Assembly (NCBI GenBank): GCA_964016885.1
Contig: OZ024742.1
Coordinates: 201,066,001-201,130,000, forward strand
Origin: Eledone cirrhosa
Taxonomy: Eukaryota
Direction of reading: 5' to 3'
Length of the DNA stretch: 64,000 bases
Every line of letters begins with the position of its first letter. The first letter of the stretch is position 1. Positions 45,736 through 59,577 of this stretch are shown here, one piece after another. The translations under genes and the position numbers were made by a program. The notes under the pieces were generated by a model. That model ran no database searches. It saw only the letters and a program-made list of their open reading frames with translations, and was not told where the DNA came from.

Positions 45736-46699
45736 ATATATATATAACTCCGTTTATCAAATACCTCTCACAAGACATTGTTACAAGACGAGGTTACAGT
45801 AGAATACAATTGTCCAAGATATCAGATATCATAGAATGGGAGGACTAAACCAATAACACGCAGACGTGGAGAAAATGTCCTAACCACACAGCCATGCTTG
45901 CTGCTCTATAGAAGAATTCAAGAATTAAATTGAGTGAGTTTGTGAAACAAAGATCGAAGATATTAAGGCTATTGAGCTATCCATAAACCATTTAACATTG
46001 AACATCTTTAATACGATAAATAGGTGATGATTCTATATCTTTGTAGAATAACAATGTAAAACAATACACAAATTTGTATACGAAAGTATGGACGACGCAG
46101 TATTATATTAACACTTATGGTGTCATAGTATATACCCATCAATATCACACTCTCTAGCGCTCTCACTCTTAGAGATACCGTATTTATCTTCTTTCATATA
46201 CAGAGAAGGATAGATACTACACTACATACACACCTATATATATATATATATAATAAATGTAATCTGAGTTTTTCGAATATTAAAAATAACATTCGATTCG
46301 TTTGCAATTATGCAAACTACAACATTTTATTATATATGACATATGATGGCCGCAAACTATGCTAAGAGTACTGCAATCGCTTCTCTGATTATAGAGTTTG
46401 GTGCACTTTTAGGCTTCGGCCAGCCACACGAACCTGTAACATATCCTGAATAAGCAATGTCAGTGCTTTGAAGGTTTTTTAATTGGGGTAAGGCCTTGCA
46501 CTCGACCAATCCCACTCTCTGAGCATCGTAAACACTACCCCAAAAGGAGAACTGGTTAACATCATCGGATGTTTCCGAAGCCGCAGGGTTTTTTTCAGAG
46601 TTACCCAACTGGGGGCCTTGCACCTCCAGGTGAAAAAGAAAAATGTATGTATGTATATATATATATGATATATATACATACCTACATACAGACATACAT

Positions 46700-47745
46700 A
46701 CATTAGTACAATCCATTAATGTAACATTAAAAATATTTAAAACATTCCAAAAATTCTGCATGTAATAACTACATCTACACATGTACAGATACAAAGCATC
46801 TTCACATGCACACATATAACTCAAAACATCGACATCCACACATACAATAGCATCCATACCTGCACACATACACGCACGCATGCAGACATGCATACATATC
46901 TACGTAGTTGATGTTGTCTAAAATTTCAATGAGAGAGTCTTGTATCTATGTTAGAAATCGTTTAACTCCCTATTGGTAAAAATTCATAAAATTATAAAAC
47001 TAGAACATACATACGTACATAAATACAAATTCACACATACCTACCTACCTACATAAATACATACATACATACTTACATACTTACATACATACATACATAT
47101 GCCTGTGATTATTGGGGTATGTTAGTAACTGCCTCAATACAAATCTTCAGAAGCTGGGATTCAAAGAAACAGAAAGAACACAACTAGTTAGGAAAAGTAG
47201 AATCCATTAATGGAACACTAAACATATCTGAAACATTCCAAAAATTGTACATCTAATAACTGCATATACACATGTTCAGATACAAAGCATATGCACATGT
47301 ACACATATAACTTAAAACATCCACATCCATACATACAATAACATCCATACCTGCACACGCATGCATGCAGACATGCAGACATATCTACCTAGTTGATGTT
47401 GGGTAAATTCCAATGAGAGAGTCTTGTATCTATGTTAGAAACCGACTCTCTCTCTATTGGTAAAATTATAAAACCAGATTAACATTCATACATATATAAA
47501 TAAAAATTCATACATACATACATACATACATACATACATACATACATACATACATGCATACATACATACATACATACATACATACATACATACATACATA
47601 CATACATGCATACATACATACATACATAAAATCCCAATGATAGAGTCTTGTATCTATGTTAGAAACCGATTCTCTTTCTATTGGTAAACATTTATAAAAT
47701 TATAAAACCAGAATAACATATATACATATATACACACATACATAG
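46700..47745. repeat. Local diverged tandem duplication (period about 490 bp, third copy partial)
   Basis: atccattaatg at 46711 and 47202; caatgagagagtcttgtatctatgttagaaa at about 46927, 47411 and 47635. Confidence 0.8.
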
Positions 47746-48152
47746 TTACATACATACTTACATACATGTACTATATTAATGAATGTACTTTATGTAAAAT
47801 CATAGAGTTTGGCTAAATAGGCACTCAATACAGAACTTGAGTTTAACCTGATGTAGGTAAAGACACATCTTCGATTATATTTATGTTCAGGCATTACTGA
47901 GATTGCGCATCTAAACAACGACAAAAACAACAAAAACGACGACGATGACGAAAAAAAAAAAAATTAAAACAACAATAAAATCTCCAATAGCACTAACAAC
48001 AACAAAAACACACAAAGTAAGTAGAACATTCTAGATTGGTGTAAAATGTATAATTGTCATGTTAATCTCTTCTCTTATTTGCATGATATGTGACTTGGCC
48101 TGATGTTGATGATTTTATAAGTAACTTCAATACATGAAGGGATGCATATATA

Positions 48153-48209
<57 letters not shown>

Positions 48210-48895
48210 GACCACACACATACACACACAAATACACACATACATACTCACACACATATACATGCATACTCATACACACAATTACACACATCACACACAC
48301 AAATACATAGACACAAAAATAGTCACTCACAAAAGCATACACAAATACATATACATTCATTTTTAAACGATGACTTTCAGAAATACATAGGCAGATACAC
48401 ATACATACGAATTCATACACAACCACCAACACTCAAACAAATACATACACATGCATACGGACATACATATACACACATTAACCAGAACACTCACGCCTCA
48501 TAGAAAGACATACATTTATACACATAAGTACACACATTCATATACAAACATTAAGGCGAACATTCACAAACATCACACACATATTCACTCACATACATGC
48601 ACACACACATTACATACACATACATAAACTAACAGTAAAATTCTAACTCACACTATCACACATATATACAAACGATGTTATATAGTCATAGAGTAACACA
48701 AATGCACACCCTCCTTCTAACACAAACACATGTATATTTACACACACACACACATATATATATTCACATTTATACATTAATGCTCTCTATCTTTCTCTCT
48801 CTCCTTCTCTTCCTGTCTCTCTATCACAGAAGCTCACACACACAAACACGTTGGAAGCACAGACACACACATACACACACACACACACACACAAA

Positions 48896-48930
<35 letters not shown>

Positions 48931-49550
48931 TTTCCCACTCACATACGTGTGCGTACATACACACGCACAAACACACACACACAGAAACACTCATACACTC
49001 ACCTATACAACACTTGCACACAAACACCTCACGCAAAAACACACACACAAAGGCATACTCACACACCTACACAAACACTTACACAGAAACAGCCACTCGT
49101 ACAAAGGCACTCACACACACACACATCAACACAAACACTTGTTCACAAACACTTATTCACACAGATACACACGCACAAACACACAGATACAAACGCATAC
49201 TGATACACATCCACACAAACACTTATACAGAGACACATACTCAGACACAAACATACGCAGTCACAGCTGTCATGTATCGATATTCTCAACAATATTTTGA
49301 CAGTTCAGTCACTTATCTTCTCTACTTTGCATTTCTGAGAAAGTCTTGGAGATACATCAACATTTCCTTGTCTTTTTATTGGAAATGTCGCCTAGAGCCT
49401 TTCCTTCTGCAATTTCAAATTCTTGCCTGATTCTAAATTTCTGAAATCATGATTATTTTGTAAGATGTACGAAGGACGACTTTGATTGCAGTGATATCTA
49501 CTGTGTTTAAACCCCCCCCCCCCTCTCTCTCTCACTCACTCTCTCGTATG

Positions 49551-49811
49551 TACGAGGTACACTCAAGAGGTTTTAAGACGTTTATGAGAGAGACAATTGA
49601 TTTAACTCAGATTATCTTGAACCATTAGTCTCCTTCAAAGTATGATCCTCCAAATTTAATGCACTTGGTGTAACATTCCAGTCATTCCTTGAAGGCCGCA
49701 TTGTATTCTTCCAAAATGAAAATGTCTAGGGCGTCTGTCACAGCCTGCTTCATATCCTGCACTTCCTCAAAGTGGATACCTTCGAGCATCTTCTTCAGCT
49801 TCGGGAACATC
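49551..49811 (-). mobile_element. Mariner transposon 3' fragment
   Basis: Minus strand [28 protein letters not shown]...AFKE*LECYTKCIKFGGSYFEGD* matches the mariner C-terminus. Terminus reads TACGAGG. Confidence 0.85.
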
Positions 49812-49949
49812 GTATATATACCGTGTAAATATATATTGAAATGATGTAACAAAGTTCAAAATAAGTACTGGAGTCAATTTGACCACCTCAGAGCCCTTCA
49901 TGATGGTGTTACATCCTAATCTGAAAATGACAGCAATGAATATATATGT

Positions 49950-50001
<52 letters not shown>

Positions 50002-50020
50002 ACACATATACACATATATA

Positions 50021-50100
<80 letters not shown>

Positions 50101-50196
50101 AACAAGTAAGACCCCGACGGCTGAGCTCAAGCCGTTTCGGGTGTGTGTGTGTATGAAACAAAAACAAAGAGCGCTTACATCAAATAATCTTTATTT

Positions 50197-50241
50197 GCTG
50201 ACAGTGTTTCGTTCTTGCATAATTGCAGGACTCATCAGAGC
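50197..50241 (-). ncRNA. Hammerhead-like motif
   Basis: Minus strand: gct-CTGATGA-gtcctgca(atta)tgcaagaac-GAAA-cactg-TC-agc. Confidence 0.6.
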
Positions 50242-51176
50242 GTTATAAAGAGGAATTAGAACAATAGCATATACTCTACCAACCTATATCACAAGAACGA
50301 TCCATATGTAGCACAGAAGACTAAGAAGAGTGGGGTGCTTGGACGACGCGTCACCGCTAGATATGTATATATGTATGTATATAGATCAATGGTTTCTCGT
50401 ATCTATTGGTTCATCAGTTGGAACATTCGATGCATAAGTGAATCTGGTTTAGTATGTAGTAATGCACATTTGGTGTTATAATATGGTCAATCGACTTAAT
50501 AAGCAGTGTTAATAATAGTAATAAAAGGTAAAAGGAGCGTGGGGTCAAGAAATCATGATTATATTTATTTGCGTGTGACGCGCCTTTCACGATCAATTGA
50601 TCAGTATTGATTGCGCCCAACTCTTGAATCAATAGCTCATCGGACTTGTAGTTTCCCCAGTGACGTAGTGTGTGCGAGTGTGTATGTGAGTGTGTGTATA
50701 TATATATATATATATAATTATGTGTGTGTGTGTGTGTGAATATATGTATATCGGCTGAATTATAAACTTAGTATTTGTGGTAATGATTCTCATTTTATTG
50801 GAATTAGGATCAAAATAAAGTATATTTCATTTTCCTATCCAATAGAATTTGTTGACAAAGTTAACTGGCTAGGCTTCCAGCTGTTTCGTTAAACCTGGAA
50901 AAATTTGTTTCTAAGGAATGATATATATATCCAGGGGGGTGTAACTTGGAGTTACTGCAGATTCACCCGGGAGAGCACTCGATGTTTAGGTTCACTTCTG
51001 TGATGAGGTGTAGAGCTATACAGAGTATAATATATTGAAAGGATAAAAAGGGCGATGGGTTACTCCTTCATTACATTTATTGGAAATGAATCTTTGAAAT
51101 GAAAAGAAATGAAAAGAACCTAGGTGTATATATAACTAAATAGTGAGTGAGAAATTTTGGTCCGGAATTATTGCCA

Positions 51177-51265
51177 GTGTCCGACGAACCTGCAGTTTCC
51201 TGAATCAGACAGATCCATACAATGATCGTGTCTCGAGCTGTCTGCTAGCGAAACAATTGTAACAC
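51177..51265 (+). ncRNA. Degenerate hammerhead motif
   Basis: gtgt-CCGACGA-...-GAAA-c(aatt)g-TA-acac; core U>C change. Confidence 0.45.
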
Positions 51266-51310
51266 ACAATAAATTGAGTCCAGATGCATCACTGATATTT
51301 CGTTTTATAT

Positions 51311-51384
<74 letters not shown>

Positions 51385-51600
51385 AGGTTCTTTTCAATGG
51401 CTGATGATACCTTACCGGCGTCACTCGTATAAAATAATTATATAATCGGCCCCTAACAGGTACTACTACTCCGGGCCAGAGCAGAGCACGGAATGATAAC
51501 AACTAAGGAGTAACTCCACATTCACCACACCTCCTGAACCCCCAAACTGGAGTCTTGCCACTGGATGCAGTTTAATGAAATAAATACACAGGACAATATA

Positions 51601-51718
51601 GGCGTGTTGGCTGAGTGGTTAGAGAATTGGATTCGCAATCGTGAGATTGTGAATTCAATTACCGGACCGGGCGATGCGTTATGTCCTTGAGCAAGACACT
51701 TTATTTCACGTTGCTCCT
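51601..51718 (+). mobile_element. Family B SINE 5' part
   Basis: tggctgagtggttaga...gtccttgagcaagacactttatttcacgttgctcc. Confidence 0.7.
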
Positions 51719-53196
51719 TCTATCTGGAGTTTTGACCGATAGATAGTAATTGGAAAGACCAATGGAAACATTGTTTCCTCGGTCCGATTTGACGAATGTC
51801 GATCGTTCCTTATATATATACATATTCTAAATTTTGTCGCAAAACATATGTAAAGCTTTTGGGGAGGATAGCAACACTAAATATATACAATGATGGACTG
51901 TCATTTCATTTATTGATGCCACAGGGGTAAACAGGAGGTTGACCTCGGTGGGGTTTGAAATCATAACATAAAGATCTGAAGCAATTACCGAGAAGCATTT
52001 TATACAACAATCTATCCGACTCTACTATTGCACAACATTCGAATGAAGTGTCTTCATCACTTAACAAGAAATAATAATTAGTGATTGTCACTTGTGTGTT
52101 GAAAACCACTGTAATTATCTCCCTGTGTTACAATATTCTAATTGTCTCCCTTTTTCAGTGGATAGCAGTACGTGACAGGAAATCGATAGTCTTTTGACAT
52201 TTAAACAGTATTAAAGAATATTAATGTGTGATTTTAATACGTATCCGTTTTGAATCGATAATTTAGTTTCCTCAAATTAATTACTACTGTTTTTCCTCCC
52301 CAAAAGAATGGTTTCAATAATATCGCCTGCTACGTTATATTATGCTATATGGGCACTGGTATGTTCATATGATAAAGATGTTCGATTCACAATCACGTGG
52401 TTCTGCGATCTATTCGCCATACTGTGCGTTAACTGGGGTAATTCTTTGATCGTAGCATTGTGCCTACTCGAGAATTCTTCGGGTTTCCGTTGTGATTGTT
52501 CTTTATCCGTTGCCTAGTTTAACACCAACAGCTAGAGAGAGGAATAATCTTATTTTGATCTAGTTGGACCTTAATATTCTGGAAGTGTATTCAACATAGG
52601 CCATTGTTTTACGCAAGGTAATCACTCGCAAAGCGGTTCTATAATCAGAGATAATCCAGAAATGACGAAGGAGAATTCAGAGCATTCAATCTGTCGTTTT
52701 TCCTTTATTAAAGATATTACGGTATGTAGTTTGATATAGATTTGGCTGCTTATTCTAGAAGGTGGGGTGGCAAACTCTATCCGTTGTAAATTATCAATGG
52801 AATCTAGTATGAGTAATTGCCTGTGCCTGTGGAAATAATAAATGAAGCACAGTTAGCGTATAACCATTTCAACGATCAATGTCTCGTATTGTGTGTAAGG
52901 TATTGTGACCAAGACATTTAATCGTCATATAGCTCAATAAAACTATATAAAACATCCTCATTGACTCGTTTCTTGCACCAAAATACAACTGACAAATGGA
53001 AGATTGACGTAATGTACGAGCTCAAAATCCTGATGTTCCTGTTTTTCTAAAAATATCTAATGATAGATTATCATAAGTTTTTAGTAATATGAATAAATTC
53101 GTCCTCTATTTTTTTCTGGTTTATTTAGTGTTATGTAAATACTACGAGTGTGGAAATTGCCCATAAGATACGGGTATGAGTTCTTTGCGTAGAAAT

Positions 53197-53600
53197 AATT
53201 GTTTCTACTTTAGGTACAAGGCGAGCAATTAACCAGTGCATTACTGGTACTTTATTTTATCGACCCCGTAAGGATGAAAGGCAAAGTCAACCTCGGCGGG
53301 ATTTGAACTCAGATCGTAAAGGGACGTAACTATGCTGGAAAGCATGGCGTCCGACCCTCTACCGATACTGCCAATCCACCGCCCTCCATAGAAATAATGA
53401 TTTCTGATTTAGGTACAAGGCCAACAATTTTTTGGGAAGGGCAAGTTATTACATCGACTCCAGTACATAGACTTGTACTATATTTTATCGACTACGTATG
53501 GGTGAAAAGCAAAGTTAGTTCAGAACGTAAAGAGAACGTAATGGAACGTAACTCTAGGCAGCAAAGGATGTTGTCCGGCGCTTTACCGATATCGCCAACC
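53197..53600 (-). mobile_element. Two tandem family A SINEs
   Basis: Young short-subtype copy at 53197-53385 flanked by a tagaaataat duplication; older long-subtype copy at 53395-53600. Confidence 0.85.
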
Positions 53601-53804
53601 CAACATCCTTGTGCCGCGGGCAAATAATAACAGTTCTTCAGCGGGACTCTATGGCCACCAATGTCATGAGTGCCCCAGTCGATAATCAATTGTCAATGGA
53701 CAAAATATCCTGTCAGAAGCCGAAGAGAAATTATCGATCATTTAGCCTGTTGGCCAATTCCCTGTTTGGCCTGCAAAGAACTGTGAATTATATATATATT
53801 TCGA

Positions 53805-53862
53805 ATACCTGATGATATCACCGGATTCACACTGAACTCGGTCATTGAAATGATCATAGCAT
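53805..53862 (+). ncRNA. Hammerhead-like motif (second copy on minus strand at 41730-41788 with GAAA>GAGA)
   Basis: atac-CTGATGA-..ccggattca(cac)tgaactcgg..-GAAA-t(gatc)a-TA-gcat (gtat in the other copy). Confidence 0.55.
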
Positions 53863-54124
53863 AATAAAACTTTTAAGCAATTACACCAGTCCAGCCTCCT
53901 GTTATTTCATAATAATTAACTCCGTACTAGCACCACCAACTACAGAAACGAAGACGGGAAAGTTGCACAACGTCGAGTGCTTTCCATAATATTACATCGA
54001 GGTTGACCACACGGAATGACCAGTTCTATCCAGTGGTGAACCAACAAACCTAAATAAATAAATATATATATATAGATATAGATATATATGCATATGTATG
54101 TATATATACACATACACACATACA

Positions 54125-54176
<52 letters not shown>

Positions 54177-54285
54177 GGAACAAGTAAGACCCCGACGGCT
54201 GAGCTCTACTACCCACTCTACTACCCTAAGTATTGAGTACTTTGGTGCGTTATGGTCCACCTGGTTCCTTACCACATTTCCTTCG

Positions 54286-54323
<38 letters not shown>

Positions 54324-54538
54324 GTTAAAGTGTACATCTACATATGTATACGGAAGTATTAGTATACATATAAATACACACATGTATACATATGTACATG
54401 TACTGAGTTTTTCACTAGACACTTTACAGTGAGTGTCCAGCTAGTCTGTATGTAACCACACAGACGGACCGGGTTTTAGAGTCATACGAGTTTTCAAGGA
54501 AACACATTTCCTCTATTCTTCAGAGAGCCAGACAGGAA

Positions 54539-54579
54539 TATTGGACTAGTTTCGATGTTATTACATCTCATCAGCAATA
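54539..54579 (-). ncRNA. Minimal type I hammerhead ribozyme (inverted arm copy)
   Basis: Minus strand: tattg-CTGATGA-gatgtaataacatc-GAAA-ctag-TC-caata. Confidence 0.85.
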
Positions 54580-55433
54580 AAAACCCATCTTCCGGCTTCT
54601 CTAGATAATTGTAAAAGCACATATCGTTATATGCTTTTTCTATGAAAATTAGTAGTGGGTAGACCAATTTGCATAGAACGTGAGTCATTGTACGCACCGG
54701 TTCAGCGGAAACGATAAAAACAAATAACGAAACGAAATTAAATTTCGTTTCGCTTCTAACTCACTTTTGTATGACTGACGCTTAAACAATTAAGTTAAAG
54801 TGTACATCTACATATGTATACGGAAGTATTAGTATGCATATAAATACACACATGTATACATATGTACATGTACTGAGTTTTTCACTAGACACTTTACAGT
54901 GAGTGTCCAGCTAGTCTGTATGTAACCACACAGACGGACCGGGTTTTAGAGTCATACGAGTTTTCAAGGAAACACATTTCCTCTATTCTCGAAACTAGTC
55001 CAATATTCCTGTCTGGCTCTCTGGAGAATAGAGGAAATGTGTTTCCTTGAAAACTCGTATGACTCTAAAACCCGGTCCGTCTGTGTGGTTACATACAGAC
55101 TAGCTGGACACTCACTGTAAAGTGTCTAGTGAAAAACTCAGTACATGTACATATGTATACATGTGTGTATTTATATGCATACTAATACTTCCGTATACAT
55201 ATGTAGATGTACACTTTAACTTAATTGTTTAAGCGTCAGTCATACAAAAGTGAGTTAGAAGCGAAACGAAATTTAATTTCGTTTCGTTATTTGTTTTTAT
55301 CGTTTCCGCTGAACCGGCGCGTACAATGACTCACGTTCTATGCAAATTGGTCTACCCACTACTAATTTTCATAGAAAAAGCATATAACGATATGTGCTTT
55401 TACAATTCTCTAGAGAAGCCGGAAGATGGGTAT

Positions 55434-55476
55434 ATATTGCTGATGAGATGTAATAACATCGAAACTAGTCCAATAT
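55434..55476 (+). ncRNA. Minimal type I hammerhead ribozyme
   Basis: atattg-CTGATGA-gatgt(aata)acatc-GAAA-c(ta)g-TC-caatat: perfect stems I and II, 1-bp stem III, GUC cleavage triplet. Confidence 0.85.
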
Positions 55477-55699
55477 TCCTGTCTGGCTCTCTGGAGAATA
55501 GAGGAAATGTGTTTCCTTGAAAACTCGTATGACTCTAAAACCCGGTCCGTCTGTGTGGTTACATACAGACTAGCTGGACACTCACTGTAAAGTGTCTAGT
55601 GAAAAACTCAGTACATGTACATATGTATACATGTGTGTATTTATATGCATACTAATACTTCCGTATACATATGTAGATGTACACTTTAACTTAATTGGT

Positions 55700-55858
55700 C
55701 AGCCGCCATACTTTCCAGCATAGTTACGTCCCTTTACAGTCTGAGTTCAACACCCACCGAGGTTAACTTTGCCTTTCATCCTTACGGGGTCGATAAAATA
55801 AAGTACCAGTAATGTACTGAGTGATTGCTGGCCTTGTGCCAAAAGTAGAAACAATTAT
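55700..55858 (+). mobile_element. Family A SINE (head missing at the palindrome junction)
   Basis: gccatactttccagcatagttacgtccc...agtagaaacaatt. Confidence 0.8.
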
Positions 55859-55861
55859 TTA

Positions 55862-56668
55862 CATGAACAGGATTGGCATGCGCAGACGTGTTGGAAGTGA
55901 TATCATGACTGGCGGGTGTATAATCAGTCGGCTGGTGTTACTTAACTTGACAGAAGATGATCTCCGACTTGCACTCGATAAGGTTTCAGGCGAAGTGTTG
56001 CATAGCCAAAATGAAAATAATTGCTATAAAACTGAGACACTCGCCCTCTGAAGGAAGCTTGCGCAGTGCATATAAATGGAGTTCCACTGAAGCAGGTAGC
56101 GAAATTGAAGTAAGTCGAGGCCGTGTTCACGCGTGAAAGAAGGCAGGATGCTGAATTACGTGCAAGTATTGCATGAGCTGGTGTAGTAATGCTCCAGCTT
56201 CAGCATTCAGTTACAGAAGACGTGAGGTAGGCGTGAAAGTCAAACTCAATTGGGTATTCATGCCAACCCTTACCTATGGTCAGGGTAATAACTGAAAGAA
56301 TCCGATCGCAAATATAAGCGGCCGAAATGATCTTTGGAGTAACGTCATTCAATAGAGTGCGGATTCACTTCAGGTAGAGCCGCACAATTTCCGAGTTGAG
56401 AGTTAAGAGCTCCGATACTATAAGGCATGTGGGTAGAATGTCTCAGGAAAGAATGGCTGGGCAAAATTTACTGGAACAACCAGCTGTCAGGAGAGCCAGA
56501 TGTAGGCCCCGAGCAAGATAGTTTGATCACGTCCACGAGCGTGTTTGGTCTAGTTTGGGTATCCAGCCGGATCAGTTGGAGAGGATGGCTGTTGCAGGAC
56601 CTGCTGGGTGTGTTTCAGTACTCTATACCCCCACAGACCCCGCAGGAATAAGTTAGCGAAGAAGAAGA
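55862..56668 (+). mobile_element. Degenerate RTE-clade (Rex3/Expander-like) LINE 3' fragment
   Basis: Broken frames give EDDLRLALD, INGVPLKQV, FMPTLTYG, TERIRSQI*AAEM, HVGRMSQER. Ends in a short (gaa)n tail. Confidence 0.75.
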
Positions 56669-56713
56669 TATATATATATGTACACACACACACACACACA
56701 CACACATAGACAC

Positions 56714-56876
<163 letters not shown>

Positions 56877-56877
56877 G

Positions 56878-56909
<32 letters not shown>

Positions 56910-56976
56910 CATTCGTGTGTGTGTATGTGTTTATGTGTGAATGTAAGTGTACATACATACACCTGCATATATATGC

Positions 56977-57010
<34 letters not shown>

Positions 57011-57033
57011 ATATAAATATTTTTATATATATG

Positions 57034-57095
<62 letters not shown>

Positions 57096-57727
57096 CACTT
57101 TCCCTATTTTCACCTAATCCATTATTCCGTTGTTTATACAATGTTCTTATGAAACATTAATGCATCAGTAAAACCACATCGTGACGTTAAAAAGACATTA
57201 GAATTTATATCTTTCATGACATTTCCCTATTATCTCGGATAATTCTATCGTACTTTTTTTGTTCTTAATGCTTCGGCCGTTTCATCCTTCCGAAATCCGA
57301 TGTGTGTACCATGTTACTTGTGTATGACAACAAAGAAACAGTGTTTCATTATGCAATACTTGCATGCCCGTAATCTCTCTTTCTATATAAGCCTATATCT
57401 ATATAAACATTTATGTACGTACATAATTTATGTATGTATGTATGTATGTATGTATGTATGTATGTATGTATGTATGTATGTATGTATGTATGTATATATC
57501 CTTCGACCAAATCGCAACTACAATGCTTCGACCAAATGTATGTATGTATGTATGTATGTATGTATGTACGTATGTATGTATGTATGTATGTATGTATGTA
57601 TGTATGTATGTATGTATGTATGTATGTGTGTGTGTATGTGTGTGTATGTATGTATGTATGTATGTGAATGTGTGTGTGTATGTATGTATGTTTGTTTGTA
57701 CGTACATAGGTATTTGTGTATGTATGT

Positions 57728-58168
57728 AAGTTCTCTTAATTTTAAGTTTATTCTTGACCGGCCTCCTTCCCGGTGTCAATGTTGTAAAGATAACACAATT
57801 CTCGTTGTCAATTTTGTAAGCGTTCATCCTTGGAATCATAAATTCTTTTGAAGATTTTGAAGCTCCCAATTATTGTAGCCATTTGGAACTTATGAATTAC
57901 AGAACTACTTTCTTTCTCCACAAATCCAAGTTCTGTTATATCTTGGTCCAGTCGGCTTTGTACAAAATCTTTAGCTCCGAGACTAACCAGTTTGAAGGTG
58001 AATGTGTATCTTGATACTGGATCAGCAAACTCCTCATCAATAGACCGCAGATATACTCATTCCCTTGAATTTTTGTAACCACATTGACGCAGTGTGCTGC
58101 TGACTTCTACAACAAAACATGTTTTTAACGTGTGGTTCCAAACAAAAATATCAGTTCCTTCTTTTATG
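57728..58168 (-). mobile_element. Relic 3' end of an RLE-encoding (R4/Dong-like) non-LTR retrotransposon
   Basis: TDIFVWNHTLKTCFVVEVSS..VNVVTKIQ..YICGLLMRSLLIQYQD..LGAKDFV..LGF..IHKFQMATIIGSFKIFK resembles a PD..E restriction-like endonuclease C-terminus. The 3' end joins (TACA)n. Confidence 0.65.
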
Positions 58169-58664
58169 CATATATATATATATATATATATATGAGATTT
58201 CATTGTATTATATTTCGACGACTTTATCATAGGATTTCGGGACTCACTGGTCTTTTGAGATCTCATGACAGGAAGAAACAGACATAAAATGCAAGAGGTG
58301 GTCAAAGCTTTGTATAGAGCAGACGACCTTCATAACATATTCACACACATATATATATATAGAAGCGTTTCTTTTGTGCTGTCAGAGTTATCAGACATGG
58401 TTAGAATTTTATTCTTGTCTGGAGACCTTGTGATTAAGAAAACTCAAACTTGGCCTAAATAAAGTAAGAGGTATGTATCTCTACTGTAATAACGAGTACT
58501 CTCTCTCTCTCGGCCGTCAAAGCTAAGCATATACATACATACATATATAAATACATATATGTATGCGCTATATATGTGTTCTGTTATTAATTCTGGCAAT
58601 ATTATTACAACAATATGACCCTCCCCAAGTATATATAGATATATATACACACACACGCACAAAA

Positions 58665-58749
<85 letters not shown>

Positions 58750-59279
58750 CATATATACATACATACATTCATACATACATGTAGTACGCAGATTTAAAAG
58801 TGTGGTGGAGTACCGCAACGTTTCATATATGACAAAAATCAATGACTACTGATCATTAATAGCCAATTACACTAAACTAATCCCAGCTAATTATAGCTGA
58901 CTAATAACTCAATAACGCTCCTTATTAGGTTTAAACGTTAGCAATCTTGATAATAAGATTCTTAGATAAAACGTCCAGTCAGAATGTCTCATATGGGGAG
59001 ATATAATTTGTCATGTTTCTCATATCTTAGGATTTAATCAATCCACTAGTAGACTCCCCCATTTATGTATATGGTAGTTTTTTCTTGTTTCTTAAATAAT
59101 TTATTCAAGGGTAGAAAGAATGTCCTTTGTAGAACTGTCCGTAATATAAACTGGAAAGATCAATGATGTCGATGTTGAAGTCAAATATCTGCTGTGGTCA
59201 ATATGTCTGCGGAGAAAAGTCGGGGTTTGGTCAAAGGAAAAGTTATCGGGACGATCTGATATATGAAAATAGTAGTATA

Positions 59280-59321
<42 letters not shown>

Positions 59322-59382
59322 CAGTAGTAGTAGTAGTAGTAGTAGAAGTAGTAGTAGTAGCAGCAGCAGAAGCAGCAGCAGC

Positions 59383-59420
<38 letters not shown>

Positions 59421-59430
59421 CAGCAGCAGC

Positions 59431-59468
<38 letters not shown>

Positions 59469-59534
59469 TAGTGGTAGTAGTAGTATATATATACAATTGT
59501 TCTCGGTACGGTGAACTAACTGATGTGTTACCAC

Positions 59535-59570
<36 letters not shown>

Positions 59571-59577
<7 letters not shown>

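Larger units (their letters stand above)
54318..55696. mobile_element. Non-coding HHR-containing 470-bp unit (retrozyme-like or non-autonomous PLE) arranged as a head-to-head palindrome
   Basis: aattaagttaaagtg recurs at 54318 and 54788, and gaaactagtc at 54991 and 55461 (period 470). The left arm 54318-54989 is the reverse complement of the right arm 54990-55696 with only a few substitutions. Confidence 0.9.

Noticed and set aside
46357-46632. Minus-strand frame ending SAPNSIIREAIAVLLA, superficially like the nAChR MA helix
   Set aside because: Stop codon follows with no donor site and no FIA.H motif; it looks like a repeat fragment.
54494-55520. Duplicated 64-67 aa ORFs (MTHVLCKLVYP...) in the palindrome
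   Set aside because: Short with no recognisable homology, duplicated only because the DNA is, overlapping the ribozyme, and not recognisably conserved in the related 420-bp unit.
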